Assembly: GCA_028875075.1 (NCBI GenBank)
Contig: JAPPGF010000009.1
Coordinates: 86,492 to 150,491 of the forward strand
Direction of reading: 5' to 3'
DNA length: 64,000 nt
Origin: Gemmatimonadota bacterium
Lineage (GTDB): Bacteria; Gemmatimonadota; Gemmatimonadetes; Longimicrobiales; Gaopeijiaceae
A program made the position numbers and the translations under genes. Below are positions 27,705 to 36,292 of this stretch, in pieces (the stretch's first letter is position 1; each line of letters starts with the position of its first letter). The notes under the pieces are model-generated. The model made no database searches, was not told the DNA's origin, and saw nothing but the letters and a program-made list of their open reading frames with translations.

Positions 27705-28130
27705 TCATGGCACGTCCATAGCCCCACCCGCAGGAATCACCAAAGGCGTCACATCGCGGAAGGGCGGCTCGGGACAGCGCCGTTCATGCGCCTCCCTCAC
27801 GCGACCCAGATCCACGGCGATCCACTCCTCCTGAGGGGAGATCGCGGTCTCTCTGACTCCCAGCATAAACGCCACATCCGACGGGGCCATCTCTAGACGC
27901 GCAACGCGATGCAGCGGCACAGCCAGGATCGTCCCCGTACCACCGAATGGGACCCGGACATGGATGCATCCGCGGGTCGCAGCCAATTCTCCGATCTCGT
28001 GCCCAAGCTCGGGGACAAGAACACGTACGCTGGTACCCGGCAACACACGCTCAGGGAAGTCCTGCGCCTGCACTCTGCCGGGAGCGGCGACGACGAGACA
28101 CAGGACCAGCGTCCGAGTCAACCGCGTCAT
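27705..28130 (-). CDS. Hypothetical secreted protein
   Basis: Signal peptide MTRLTRTLVLCLVVAAPGRVQA|Q. No recognisable domain. Confidence 0.5.
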   Translation of the reverse strand: MTRLTRTLVLCLVVAAPGRVQAQDFPERVLPGTSVRVLVPELGHEIGELAATRGCIHVRVPFGGTGTILAVPLHRVARLEMAPSDVAFMLGVRETAISPQEEWIAVDLGRVREAHERRCPEPPFRDVTPLVIPAGGAMDVP

Positions 28131-28224
28131 CGGGACCTCCAGTTCGGTGCGATCACCGGCTGCCCAGGCGCGCGTCCTCTTCGGCGCGGCGCTGCGCTGC
28201 CGGGTGATCCGAGCCGTTCCATCC

Positions 28225-28416
28225 TCAGTAGACGGGCTCTCCTTCAGGCCGCTGGAGTGCGCTCGACGGGAGTCTGTTCACTTGGTCGATGATGCGGGCG
28301 TATACCCTTGTCGACGCCTCAAGTCCCGTCCACGGCACGGTCTCGGATGTCTCCGGATCCGTGTGGAAATAGCGATGATATTCGCTCGTCACGACCCCGT
28401 GCAGGGGCGGCGGCAC
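28225..28416 (-). CDS. Hypothetical small protein (weak call)
   Basis: 63-codon ORF with a GTG start and protein-like composition (TSEYHRYFHTDPETSETVPWTGLEASTRVYARIIDQVNRL). Confidence 0.25.
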   Translation of the reverse strand: MPPPLHGVVTSEYHRYFHTDPETSETVPWTGLEASTRVYARIIDQVNRLPSSALQRPEGEPVY

Positions 28417-28459
28417 GCGAGATCGGCATCGAGGCGCTGGCCTGAGCGGCGGACCAGCG

Positions 28460-29698
28460 TCACCCCCGCTTCATCGGCTGCAGCCTCACGTACGTCGCCG
28501 AGCGCCACAACCATTCGAGCGGCCCGAAACGGAAGCGCTGCAGCCACCAGGGGGACCAGAACAGCTGGAGTAGCCAGATGCCGAACACGATGCCGACCCG
28601 TCCCGGAGCCTGGACACGCTCGAAGAGGCCCAGGCCGTGTCCGTAGAAGATGAACCCGCAGATCAGGCCTTGGGCGACGTAGTTGGTCAGCGCCATGCGC
28701 CCCGTCGCGGCGAGCCGCTTCTGCAGACCCGCGAGCCAGCCGTGCCGGACCGCAAGCATGAGCAGCGCCAAGTATCCCAGGAAGACGCCGATCGAACCCA
28801 CGTAATTGAAGAGCGCCCCCTGGAACATCGCCTTCTCGAACGCGAACCCGTGGTGGAACCTGTACTGGGCTCCGGCCGCCGCGAGGGGGAGTCCGGCGCC
28901 GATGCCGATGATCGCCATGCGGCGGTAGAACGCGGCCGAGCGCGCTGCGGCCAGGACCCCCAGCTTGTAGAAGCCCATGCCGACGAGCATGAGTCCCCCC
29001 GCGCGCCACAGGAAAAAGAACGGGAACGCGCTGGTCTGCAGCGCGAAGGCGATCGGGGCGCGGACTGCCAGCTGGTCGCCCGGGCCGCCCCGGAAGCCTT
29101 CGATCTCGGCGTCGAGCACCTCCTGCGGGGGCGCCCAATCCGCCGCCAGCGCCAGCCGGTCCGCTTCCGGCCAGTACGGCATCGACAGCCCGGCATAGAG
29201 CCACAGCGGAACGACGAACGCGACGGCCGAGCCGCCGATCCAAAGCAGGTGGCGGGCGCGCAGGTTACGCATCGGGTACACCAGGAAGCCGCAGACCGCG
29301 TACGCCACCAGGACGTCGCCGTGGAAGACCAGGTACACGTGAGCCAGGCCGATCACCAGCAGCCACAACTGCCGGCGGTAATGGAGAGCGGTCCCCGAGA
29401 GCCCGCGGCTCTCCGCTCGTTCGCTCATCAGCGCGATGCCCGCGCCGAAGAGCACGGAAAAGATCGAGATGAACTTGGTGTCGGCCAGGACGTAGACCAC
29501 CGCCCAGATCCACGGCTCCGAGCCCTCGAAAGCGGAACCCGACGTGGGGTTCATGTAAGCGGAGCTCACGCGCCCGAACCCCTGCACGTTGACGACGAGG
29601 ATTCCCAGCACCGCGAACCCCCGCAGTACGTCGATCGAGGCGATGCGCTCCGACGTGGTGACGGGAGTGGCGGGCGGTGCGGACGCTGCCGAGCTCAT
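28460..29698 (-). CDS. DUF418/YeiB-like membrane protein
   Basis: RIASIDVLRGFAVLGILVVN at the N-terminus and MALTNYVAQGLICGFIFYGHGLGLF...GPLEWLWRSATY at the C-terminus. Confidence 0.85.
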   Translation of the reverse strand: MSSAASAPPATPVTTSERIASIDVLRGFAVLGILVVNVQGFGRVSSAYMNPTSGSAFEGSEPWIWAVVYVLADTKFISIFSVLFGAGIALMSERAESRGLSGTALHYRRQLWLLVIGLAHVYLVFHGDVLVAYAVCGFLVYPMRNLRARHLLWIGGSAVAFVVPLWLYAGLSMPYWPEADRLALAADWAPPQEVLDAEIEGFRGGPGDQLAVRAPIAFALQTSAFPFFFLWRAGGLMLVGMGFYKLGVLAAARSAAFYRRMAIIGIGAGLPLAAAGAQYRFHHGFAFEKAMFQGALFNYVGSIGVFLGYLALLMLAVRHGWLAGLQKRLAATGRMALTNYVAQGLICGFIFYGHGLGLFERVQAPGRVGIVFGIWLLQLFWSPWWLQRFRFGPLEWLWRSATYVRLQPMKRG

Positions 29699-29831
29699 GA
29701 AGGAAGATACCGATGGCCGGGCGTGAAGGTCGCGGCCGCCCCGGTAGACACCGGATCAGTCGGGAATGGCGGCTTCCGCACCCGCGGGGGAGGGTTTGCC
29801 GGCGCCCTGAACATGAGAGCGCCCGGGCGGA

Positions 29832-30110
29832 GATCTCCTCCCAGGCCCGGCCCCGTTCTGTAGGAGCAGGGCGGGCTGCCGCCGTCCTCCGGAACCTCCG
29901 AACAGCCTGCCGGTCGCCTTTCAGCGGATGGAGCGCAAGACCCGGCAAGTTCATGTCGTCAGCGTCGACGGACGCGTCCAAGCGGGCCAAGACACACTCG
30001 GCCCTTGCGACCGGTGCGGACGCGATCCACCTCCGGTCCCCTTCCCGAATAACATGTTCGAGGCCCTCGTGGCGATGCCCGTGGCGGTGGCCGTGAGCCG
30101 CCCTAGTCAT
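29832..30110 (-). pseudogene. HigB-like (RelE/ParE superfamily, 'killer protein') toxin remnant with no stop and no HigA
   Basis: MTRAAHGHRHGHRHEGLEHVIREGDRRWIASAPVARAECVLARLDASVDADDMNLPGLALHPLKGDRQ. Compare the HigB pattern FRHKGLE.FF..G...gI.p.ha.rL...L..LdaA....DM.lPG..LHpLkGDr. The distal third is degenerate and the frame runs on into the next gene. The ATG at 30110 overlaps the end of the upstream gene. Confidence 0.45.
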
Positions 30111-30549
30111 GCCGGAACGAGATGTAGCCCCCCATCTGGAAGAGCACGATGGCAGGATCACGCGAGAAGTCCCCGAAGTGGACGATGAAGCGCGCCCCGT
30201 AGCGCCGCCCGAACGTGAAACTCGTCCCGACCGTCTCGGAGACCTCCCCGTTGTCATACTCGATGCCCAAACGCAGCGCCGGGCGAACGAACCAACTGGA
30301 ACGTCCCAGCAGGACCGATGCCCCCACCCGGTTGGCCGTCCCCGCCAGATCGACGCAGCGGTAGTTCTCCACCATGCCGTACATGGACACCGGTCCGGCG
30401 AGCCGCCCGTTGATCCCGACGTAGTGTGCGGGGCACGCCACGCTGTTGCCGCCCACGATGCCTGCTTCAAGCATGAGCCGACCCGGCGCATCCTGGGCGT
30501 GCACCTGCGAGGGCAGCGCGGCCAGACACACGAACAACAGCTTCCGCAT
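30103..30549 (-). CDS. Small secreted beta-rich protein (possible small OM barrel)
   Basis: Signal peptide MRKLLFVCLAALPSQVHA|Q, with alternating hydrophobic beta-strand pattern. Confidence 0.55.
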   Translation of the reverse strand: MRKLLFVCLAALPSQVHAQDAPGRLMLEAGIVGGNSVACPAHYVGINGRLAGPVSMYGMVENYRCVDLAGTANRVGASVLLGRSSWFVRPALRLGIEYDNGEVSETVGTSFTFGRRYGARFIVHFGDFSRDPAIVLFQMGGYISFRHD

Positions 30550-30797
30550 GTTCTCGATCCTCCTCTCTGATCGGCCGGAAACGCTCCGGCTCATCGACGA
30601 TGGTGGCAACAGCACCGCGAACACAGATGGCCCACTGCTTCCCCTCGCTGGCGCTGTCCGGCCGGAGCCGCCAGGAGTGGAGCGGAACCAGTACGGCTGT
30701 CGCCAGGACCCTCCTCGCCGCCTACACGGGCGTGTGTGGGCATACAGCTCGCCTACGCCTGCCGTCATCAGACCAGGCGGTCACCTTGGTCAGGAGG

Positions 30798-31343
30798 TCA
30801 CTCTGCGGGGCAAGCCGAGAGCTCCGGGTGTGCGGTCCAACTCTCGAACGCTTCGCCCCCGGTCGGCAGCTCGACCTCGATTGACTGACCAACTGCGACG
30901 TCCGTCCGCTCCGTCGGGCCCAGCTCGGTGCCAGAAGACAGGTGGACCTCGACTCGGACGGCACAGAGCATCGATCGGGTCGTGTTTTCCAAGCGGCCTA
31001 CGAAGGCGTCGGACACGGGGTCGAACGTCAAGACCAGCCGCGCGCCGCGCCGCGTCGCGTCCCATGTGTCGCCGCGAGCGATGTACTCGCCTGACTCCTC
31101 ACCCTCGCCTTCCTCGTGCTCGCCTTCCTCGTGTTCGCCGTCCCCTTCGTGCTCCACGGCGTCACCGCCGACCTCGGCGCCAGCGTGCTCGGCCCGTGCA
31201 TGCTCATCGACCGATACCGCGAGGCCGGATTCGCCCGACTCGCCGATGTTCGAATCCGTTTCGCTCGCACACGCGGCCGAGCTGCATGAAACGATCAAAG
31301 CGGTCGTGATCGCGAACAGTCTGCCATTGGAATCATCCATCAT
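30798..31343 (-). CDS. Lipoprotein with His/Glu-rich low-complexity segment (candidate metal-binding)
   Basis: Lipobox ALIVSCSSAA|C, then DEHARAEHAGAEVGGDAVEHEGDGEHEEGEHEEGEGEESGE, then a beta-rich C-domain. ATG-ATG at 31343/31340. Confidence 0.6.
   Translation of the reverse strand: MMDDSNGRLFAITTALIVSCSSAACASETDSNIGESGESGLAVSVDEHARAEHAGAEVGGDAVEHEGDGEHEEGEHEEGEGEESGEYIARGDTWDATRRGARLVLTFDPVSDAFVGRLENTTRSMLCAVRVEVHLSSGTELGPTERTDVAVGQSIEVELPTGGEAFESWTAHPELSACPAE
31104..31133. repeat. Tandem 15-bp duplication inside the His/Glu-rich segment
   Basis: CTCGCCTTCCTCGTG x2 on the plus strand, encoding HEEGE-HEEGE on the minus strand. Confidence 0.8.
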
Positions 31344-31647
31344 CCGAAGTCTCCGCTTGCGCCGGTGGGTCGGAGGGTACCGGCTCGCCGCTGGCGCTGG
31401 AGAACCGTCCTGTAGTGGGCTGGCCCGTGACCCGCGCCGTCTGCCCTCCGGCCGGCGACGGAGTCGCGGGGATAGCGCTCCCTCGGCAGCGGCGGGGCCC
31501 GAGTCCACGCGGCGATCGCTGCCGAGCGCCGTCGCGCGGGCCGACCAATCGGCCGCGCCGCCGTACCAGTCTCCGCGCAAGCGGCGAAAGCGCCAGCCGT
31601 TCCCGTACGGGTCAGGAAGGTACTGCAGGGAGTTGCCGTCCTCCCGG

Positions 31648-32043
31648 TTAGCTCCAAGAGTCGATCCAGTGGTCCGGCAAGAGCTTCCGGAGCGGCGAAA
31701 CCCCACCGTCCGGCAACGCAACCCGGGTGGCGAAGTTCTTGGGATTCACCTGCACGATCAATTCTCGACAGCGGCCGCAAGGGGCAAGGACGCCGGTCTC
31801 GCACACCGCAACAATCGTGTCGATCTCGGTTTCCCGCCCCTTGATCATCTCGGCGACGGCTGCGTGTTCCGCACAGAATCCGATTCCGCAACTCAGGTCC
31901 ATGCAGACACCCGTATAGATTCGGCCCGACTTGGAGAGGATCGCAGCCGCCACGGTCGCGGCCGACGTGTCCGGGCGACCCAGCGTCAATTCACCGAGTA
32001 ACGGCGTGGCGATTTCGATGAGAGACTGGACCTTGTCGGACAT
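31648..32043 (-). CDS. Cytidine/blasticidin-S deaminase-like zinc deaminase
   Basis: CAEHAAV (H/C-A-E) and PCGRCRELI (PCxxC) zinc motifs, about 131 aa. Confidence 0.8.
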   Translation of the reverse strand: MSDKVQSLIEIATPLLGELTLGRPDTSAATVAAAILSKSGRIYTGVCMDLSCGIGFCAEHAAVAEMIKGRETEIDTIVAVCETGVLAPCGRCRELIVQVNPKNFATRVALPDGGVSPLRKLLPDHWIDSWS

Positions 32044-32524
32044 GGCCTCGAACCCAATTGCGTCGGACCGTTTTTCAAACCTGAAACACGCCCTGCCTGT
32101 CCTGCTCCTCCGGATCGTAGCGGCACGCGACATCGAGGAGAAGATCGAGCATCTCCCGGGCACGTGCGCGGGTCGACTACCGCATGCACCCAGAGATTCA
32201 CGGCCGCGTGGTACGGAGAGAGGGCCCGCTCGTACCGCCCCGGGACCTGGGCCAGGATCTCGGCGAGCCCTCCCGGAGTTCGGCAGGCGCGCTCGCGAAC
32301 TTTGCTGCTTGCCGTCGAGTCTCCGGGGTCCGGGCCAGTCTCCTCTTTCGCACGCACTCGCAGGGATTTAGGTGCTCTTGGGAGCGGGCCTCACTTGCTG
32401 GGCGGGGCCAGGTCGGGTATCCGGGCCACGACGATCCCCACATAGTCCGGTGCGTCGATCTCGACGACAGCCCCCTCGCCGCGGGCCGAGGCGCGGAGGT
32501 CGTAGACCTGGACGCCGCTCGCCG

Positions 32525-34474
32525 TCACCTCCCGTTCCATCGTGCGGGAGGCCCCGAGCGGGATCCAGAGCGTGGCGTCCGGCCCCTCTCCGCTGGTCGT
32601 GACGGGCCACGGGTAGCGGCCGGGCTCGTCCCAGCAGCACATGCCCTGGTGCGGGACACCCAGGCCCGTGAAGTCGTAGGTCGAGAACCGCGCCACTCGG
32701 GGGAGCCGAGGCGCCAGGTCACGGACCGGTCGTTCCGGGAACTGATGCTCGAATACGCGACCGCGATCTCGCTCGCCGGCACGGGGACCCAGGATCGATC
32801 GAGCCTCATGAGCTCGGCCTCGTTGGACGCGGCGCACACCGACGTGGGCAGCATGTCGCCCACCCACACGAGGCCGCTGATAGAGCCCGGCATGTTCGCG
32901 TCCAGATAGACGATGATCCGCCCGTTCCCGTCGATGTCCGCGACGCCGCCCCAGCTGTCGATCACCTCGGCTCCGTACAGCTCGTAGTGCCGCAGCAGGA
33001 TATCGATGCCCGCCGCGTTCAACGGGGGATCGGGAATCGGCTCCGCGTAGATGGCCAGGTGGTCGTTGTAGCCCTGGAGCACGGTCGTCGTCCTGGTCGC
33101 CACCGTGCAGTTGTCCGTGACCGTTCCCGCGCTCCCCAGCCGGAACTCCCACGTCTCGGGCGGAGGATCGGGCTGCTGGGACGCGGCGGCGGCCCGGAGG
33201 TCCGGAAGCGCGCGCAGCGACCCCTGCCGGGCGAGCCCGGCGAGGAGGCGCGCCTCCTCCCAGCGAACCCGCAGGTGAGGGTGCTCCTGCGGTCTGCCTG
33301 CGGCGCTCGAACGCCGACGGGCGAAGTCCGGCCGCCCCAGGGGGTCAGGGGCTGTACTCCGGGACGCGGTGGCGTCGTTGGGGATGTCGGCCCGCACCGT
33401 GAACTGGACGGGTTGTACCAGCTGGAACCCGGCGCTCGTCCCGACCAGTGTGACCCGGTAGTACGAGCCCGTCGACTCGGCGCGGATCGAAAAGCCGCAC
33501 TCACCGGGCGCGGCGGGAGCTGCGATGTGCACCTCGCCGACATCCAGCTCGAGCGAGGAGCCGCACACCCGCAGGTCGAACGCGGCGGTTGCCTCGAGTC
33601 CGGCCGCGTCCGCAACGCGCACTGTGAAGCTCGATCCCTCTTCGGACTGCGGGCTCCCCCGGATCGTCCCGTCAGCCGTGAGTGCCAGCCCCGCCGGGAG
33701 CTCCCCCGCTGCCATCTCCCAGGTGTAGGGGGGGCGACCGCCGACGGCATCCAGCGTGTCCACGTGCGCGAAGGACGGATAGGCCGGGGAGAGATGGGTC
33801 GTCGCTATGACGAGATACCCGGGGTCGCCGACCGCGAATGCCGTGGCGGTGAACTCCGCACTCGCGTCCCCCGCTTCGGCGGCAAGCGCCTGGTGGCCCG
33901 CGGCTCCCAGCGTCCATTCCGTGCTGGCCCGGCCCGCTTCGGCCGCGGCGTGCTCCGGAGCGGCGCTTCCGCCGCCCTCCGTGACCCGAAACGCCACGGT
34001 CGCACCATCGATCGGGTGCCCGTTCGCGTCCAGCACCCGAACCGTTGGCCGAACCGGCAGCAGCGACCCTTCCAGACCACTCTGGCCGTCGCCTTCGGCC
34101 TTCTCGAGCTCGGCCGGAATCTGTCCGACCCTCACGTCGGCATATCCCAGCGCCACTCCGGCCTCGGCCGTGATCAGCGCCGTCCCGTTTCCGGTTGCCG
34201 TCACCAGCCCGGTCGCGTCGACCGTGGCCACCGAGGTGTCGCCGCTCATCCAGCCGACGGTCACGCCGGTCATCACGTTGGCGTTCTGGTCCCTCACCTC
34301 CGCCGTGAGCCGGACGGTCGCGCCTAGCGAGGTCAGGGCGGCCGTCGGCGGGCTGAGCGTGACCGTCGCCGGGAAGGCCGGCTCCGTGGGGTCGTCCCCG
34401 TCCCCGCATCCCTCGGCCAGGGCCACGACAATCAACGTTGCCGACAGCCGGACGACGGTCCGGCAAGGACTCAT
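32525..34474 (-). CDS. Large lipoprotein with Big_2-type Ig-like domains; the C-terminal part appears to continue in another frame down to 32391
   Basis: Lipobox VALAEG|C. Big_2-like VTLSPPTAALTSLGATVRLTAEVRDQNANVMTGVTVGWMSGDTSVATVDATGLVTATGNGTALITA, and putative-Ig GGRPPYTWEMAAGELPAGLALTADGTIRG. After about 32750 this frame turns Arg/Ser/Pro-rich while the frame of ORF 32391..33152 becomes protein-like. Confidence 0.7.
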   Translation of the reverse strand: MSPCRTVVRLSATLIVVALAEGCGDGDDPTEPAFPATVTLSPPTAALTSLGATVRLTAEVRDQNANVMTGVTVGWMSGDTSVATVDATGLVTATGNGTALITAEAGVALGYADVRVGQIPAELEKAEGDGQSGLEGSLLPVRPTVRVLDANGHPIDGATVAFRVTEGGGSAAPEHAAAEAGRASTEWTLGAAGHQALAAEAGDASAEFTATAFAVGDPGYLVIATTHLSPAYPSFAHVDTLDAVGGRPPYTWEMAAGELPAGLALTADGTIRGSPQSEEGSSFTVRVADAAGLEATAAFDLRVCGSSLELDVGEVHIAAPAAPGECGFSIRAESTGSYYRVTLVGTSAGFQLVQPVQFTVRADIPNDATASRSTAPDPLGRPDFARRRSSAAGRPQEHPHLRVRWEEARLLAGLARQGSLRALPDLRAAAASQQPDPPPETWEFRLGSAGTVTDNCTVATRTTTVLQGYNDHLAIYAEPIPDPPLNAAGIDILLRHYELYGAEVIDSWGGVADIDGNGRIIVYLDANMPGSISGLVWVGDMLPTSVCAASNEAELMRLDRSWVPVPASEIAVAYSSISSRNDRSVTWRLGSPEWRGSRPTTSRAWVSRTRACAAGTSPAATRGPSRPAERGRTPRSGSRSGPPARWNGR

Positions 34475-34892
34475 CGTCTCTCGGAGCAGGTCACGACTGC
34501 GGTCTGTGCGGAATGTCCGCGTCCATCGGATGAAGCCCTTCGTGGGCGCTCTGCGCCATCTACTGGTATCCTTACAAGTCGGTGGACTTCGGGGCAGTGG
34601 CCGGTGCGGGTCCGGGCGACAGATACCGGGTCGCTCTCGCCGGACGTCCTCTACGACCTGGGGCTATCGCGCGTCTTCGACGCAGGGAACCTTAAGAATC
34701 GCGCGTTCTCGTTCCTGGCCGGCATCACCGTCCCGATAGCATAGCGGCCGCCGGCCGCCGTCCACCATCCGGCGCCTGATCGGGGAGCCGGACTGTTCGG
34801 GCCGCATCCGGCGCGCCACCCGGCATCGCTCCCGGATCCCGCGCGGCCCGGCTGAAGAGTAGGCTACTGCCGGCCGAACCGGGAAGACGCGC

Positions 34893-35702
34893 TCACGACC
34901 CGCCCAGACCCGGAAACCCGGGCCTGGCCGAGGAGACGGGGTCCTGGGGCGCTCGATCGACCCGGAGCAGCGCGACGGTGATGTTGTCGATCCCGCCCTT
35001 GTCGTTCGCAAGCTCGACCAGCGTCCGGGCGGCCGCGTCCAGGCCGCTCGGCAGCGCGTCGCCGAGCGCCCGCTCGATCTCGGTGTCGGTCAGCATGTTG
35101 GTGAGGCCGTCCGTGCACAGGAGGAAGGTCTGTCCGGGCTCGGCGACGTGCCCGTACAGGTCGGGCTCGACGTGATCTCCTCCGCCCAACGTCCGCTCGA
35201 GGAAGTGGGAATACGGCGACTCGCGCGCCTCCTCAGGAGACATACGGCCCCGGGCGACGAGGCGCGCCGCAACGGTGTGGTCCTGCGTCAGACACCGGAG
35301 GCGCCCGCCCTCCAGCATGTACGCCCGGCTGTCGCCGACATGTACGATCCGGACCACGGCCTCGCCGGGGTCGGCGAGGAGAGCGGTCAGCGTGGTCGCC
35401 ATTCCCGCCTGGTCGGAACTCACGAGTCCTTCCCGAAAGATGCGGCTGTTGGCGCTCCGCACCGCCTCGACGAGCCTCTCGCCCGGGGAAGCGGAGGCGT
35501 TCTCCGTGAGATGCCGCTGCATCTCCTCGACTGCGCATCGGCTCGCGACGTGCCCCGCGGGGGCGCCTCCCACGCCGTCCGCGACCGCGACCAGCCCCAG
35601 TTCCTCGGACAGCAGGTAGGCGTCCTCATTCCGCCTGCGGACCCGGCCCCTGTCACTGCGACCGGCCGTAGTGAAGGCGGTCGGGCCTTCTGTGGCCGTC
35701 AT
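34893..35702 (-). CDS. PP2C-family Ser/Thr protein phosphatase
   Basis: GRVRRRNEDAY, VADGVGGAPAG, LLCTDGLTNML, GGIDNITVALL. Confidence 0.85.
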   Translation of the reverse strand: MTATEGPTAFTTAGRSDRGRVRRRNEDAYLLSEELGLVAVADGVGGAPAGHVASRCAVEEMQRHLTENASASPGERLVEAVRSANSRIFREGLVSSDQAGMATTLTALLADPGEAVVRIVHVGDSRAYMLEGGRLRCLTQDHTVAARLVARGRMSPEEARESPYSHFLERTLGGGDHVEPDLYGHVAEPGQTFLLCTDGLTNMLTDTEIERALGDALPSGLDAAARTLVELANDKGGIDNITVALLRVDRAPQDPVSSARPGFPGLGGS

Positions 35703-35865
35703 CGTCTCCTCCTACAGCGGCAAGGGTGGCTCCGCGTTGCACGTGCGAGAGAGCGTACCCGACTGCGCCTTTCTCTGCCTCGCGGGAATTGAGGAGGATC
35801 CGTCATGCAGCGTCGCCCATGGAGTACACCTCGCTCGCCGTGCGCAGGGTCGGCCGACGACAGCT

Positions 35866-36217
35866 TCAACCTTCCCGCCTCTTGAAGCCGTTGTCGATGT
35901 CACGCTTGAGCTGCTCGGCTACGTCCTGTCCCCATAGCCATCGATCCTTATCTCGAAGGCTGAGTTGCCGAGGAGTGTTTTGGCGAACCGCCTCTCGGAA
36001 TCTCACATACTCTTTCCAGATCTTATCCGTCGTGGTGCTGTTCCCGATGTTCCAAAAAATCATTCAGGACGTTGCAAGCACACACGTCGTAGACTGTAAA
36101 TTCCTCTGGATACAGAGGTCCGGCGCGCAGGCCGTCCACGATCCGGCACTTCGGCCTCTCCGTTCGACGTGGCCGGTGGCAGACACGGATCGACCGCGCC
36201 CGGCGCGACTGGATCAA
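35866..36217 (-). pseudogene. Low-GC gene remnant interrupted at a T6/A6 homopolymer
   Basis: Two minus-strand ORFs (36023..36217 and 35866..36063) switch frame at A6 (36054-36059, plus strand). Removing one base fuses ...LYPEEFTVYDVCACNVLNDF to WNIGNSTTTDKIWKEYVRFREAVRQ.... Confidence 0.3.
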
Positions 36218-36292
36218 GCAGCATGACGTTGCATGAGGCGACCCTACAGGACAACCGAACTCAGATCGTTCCCCCGCCAGGCAGGAGAGACC

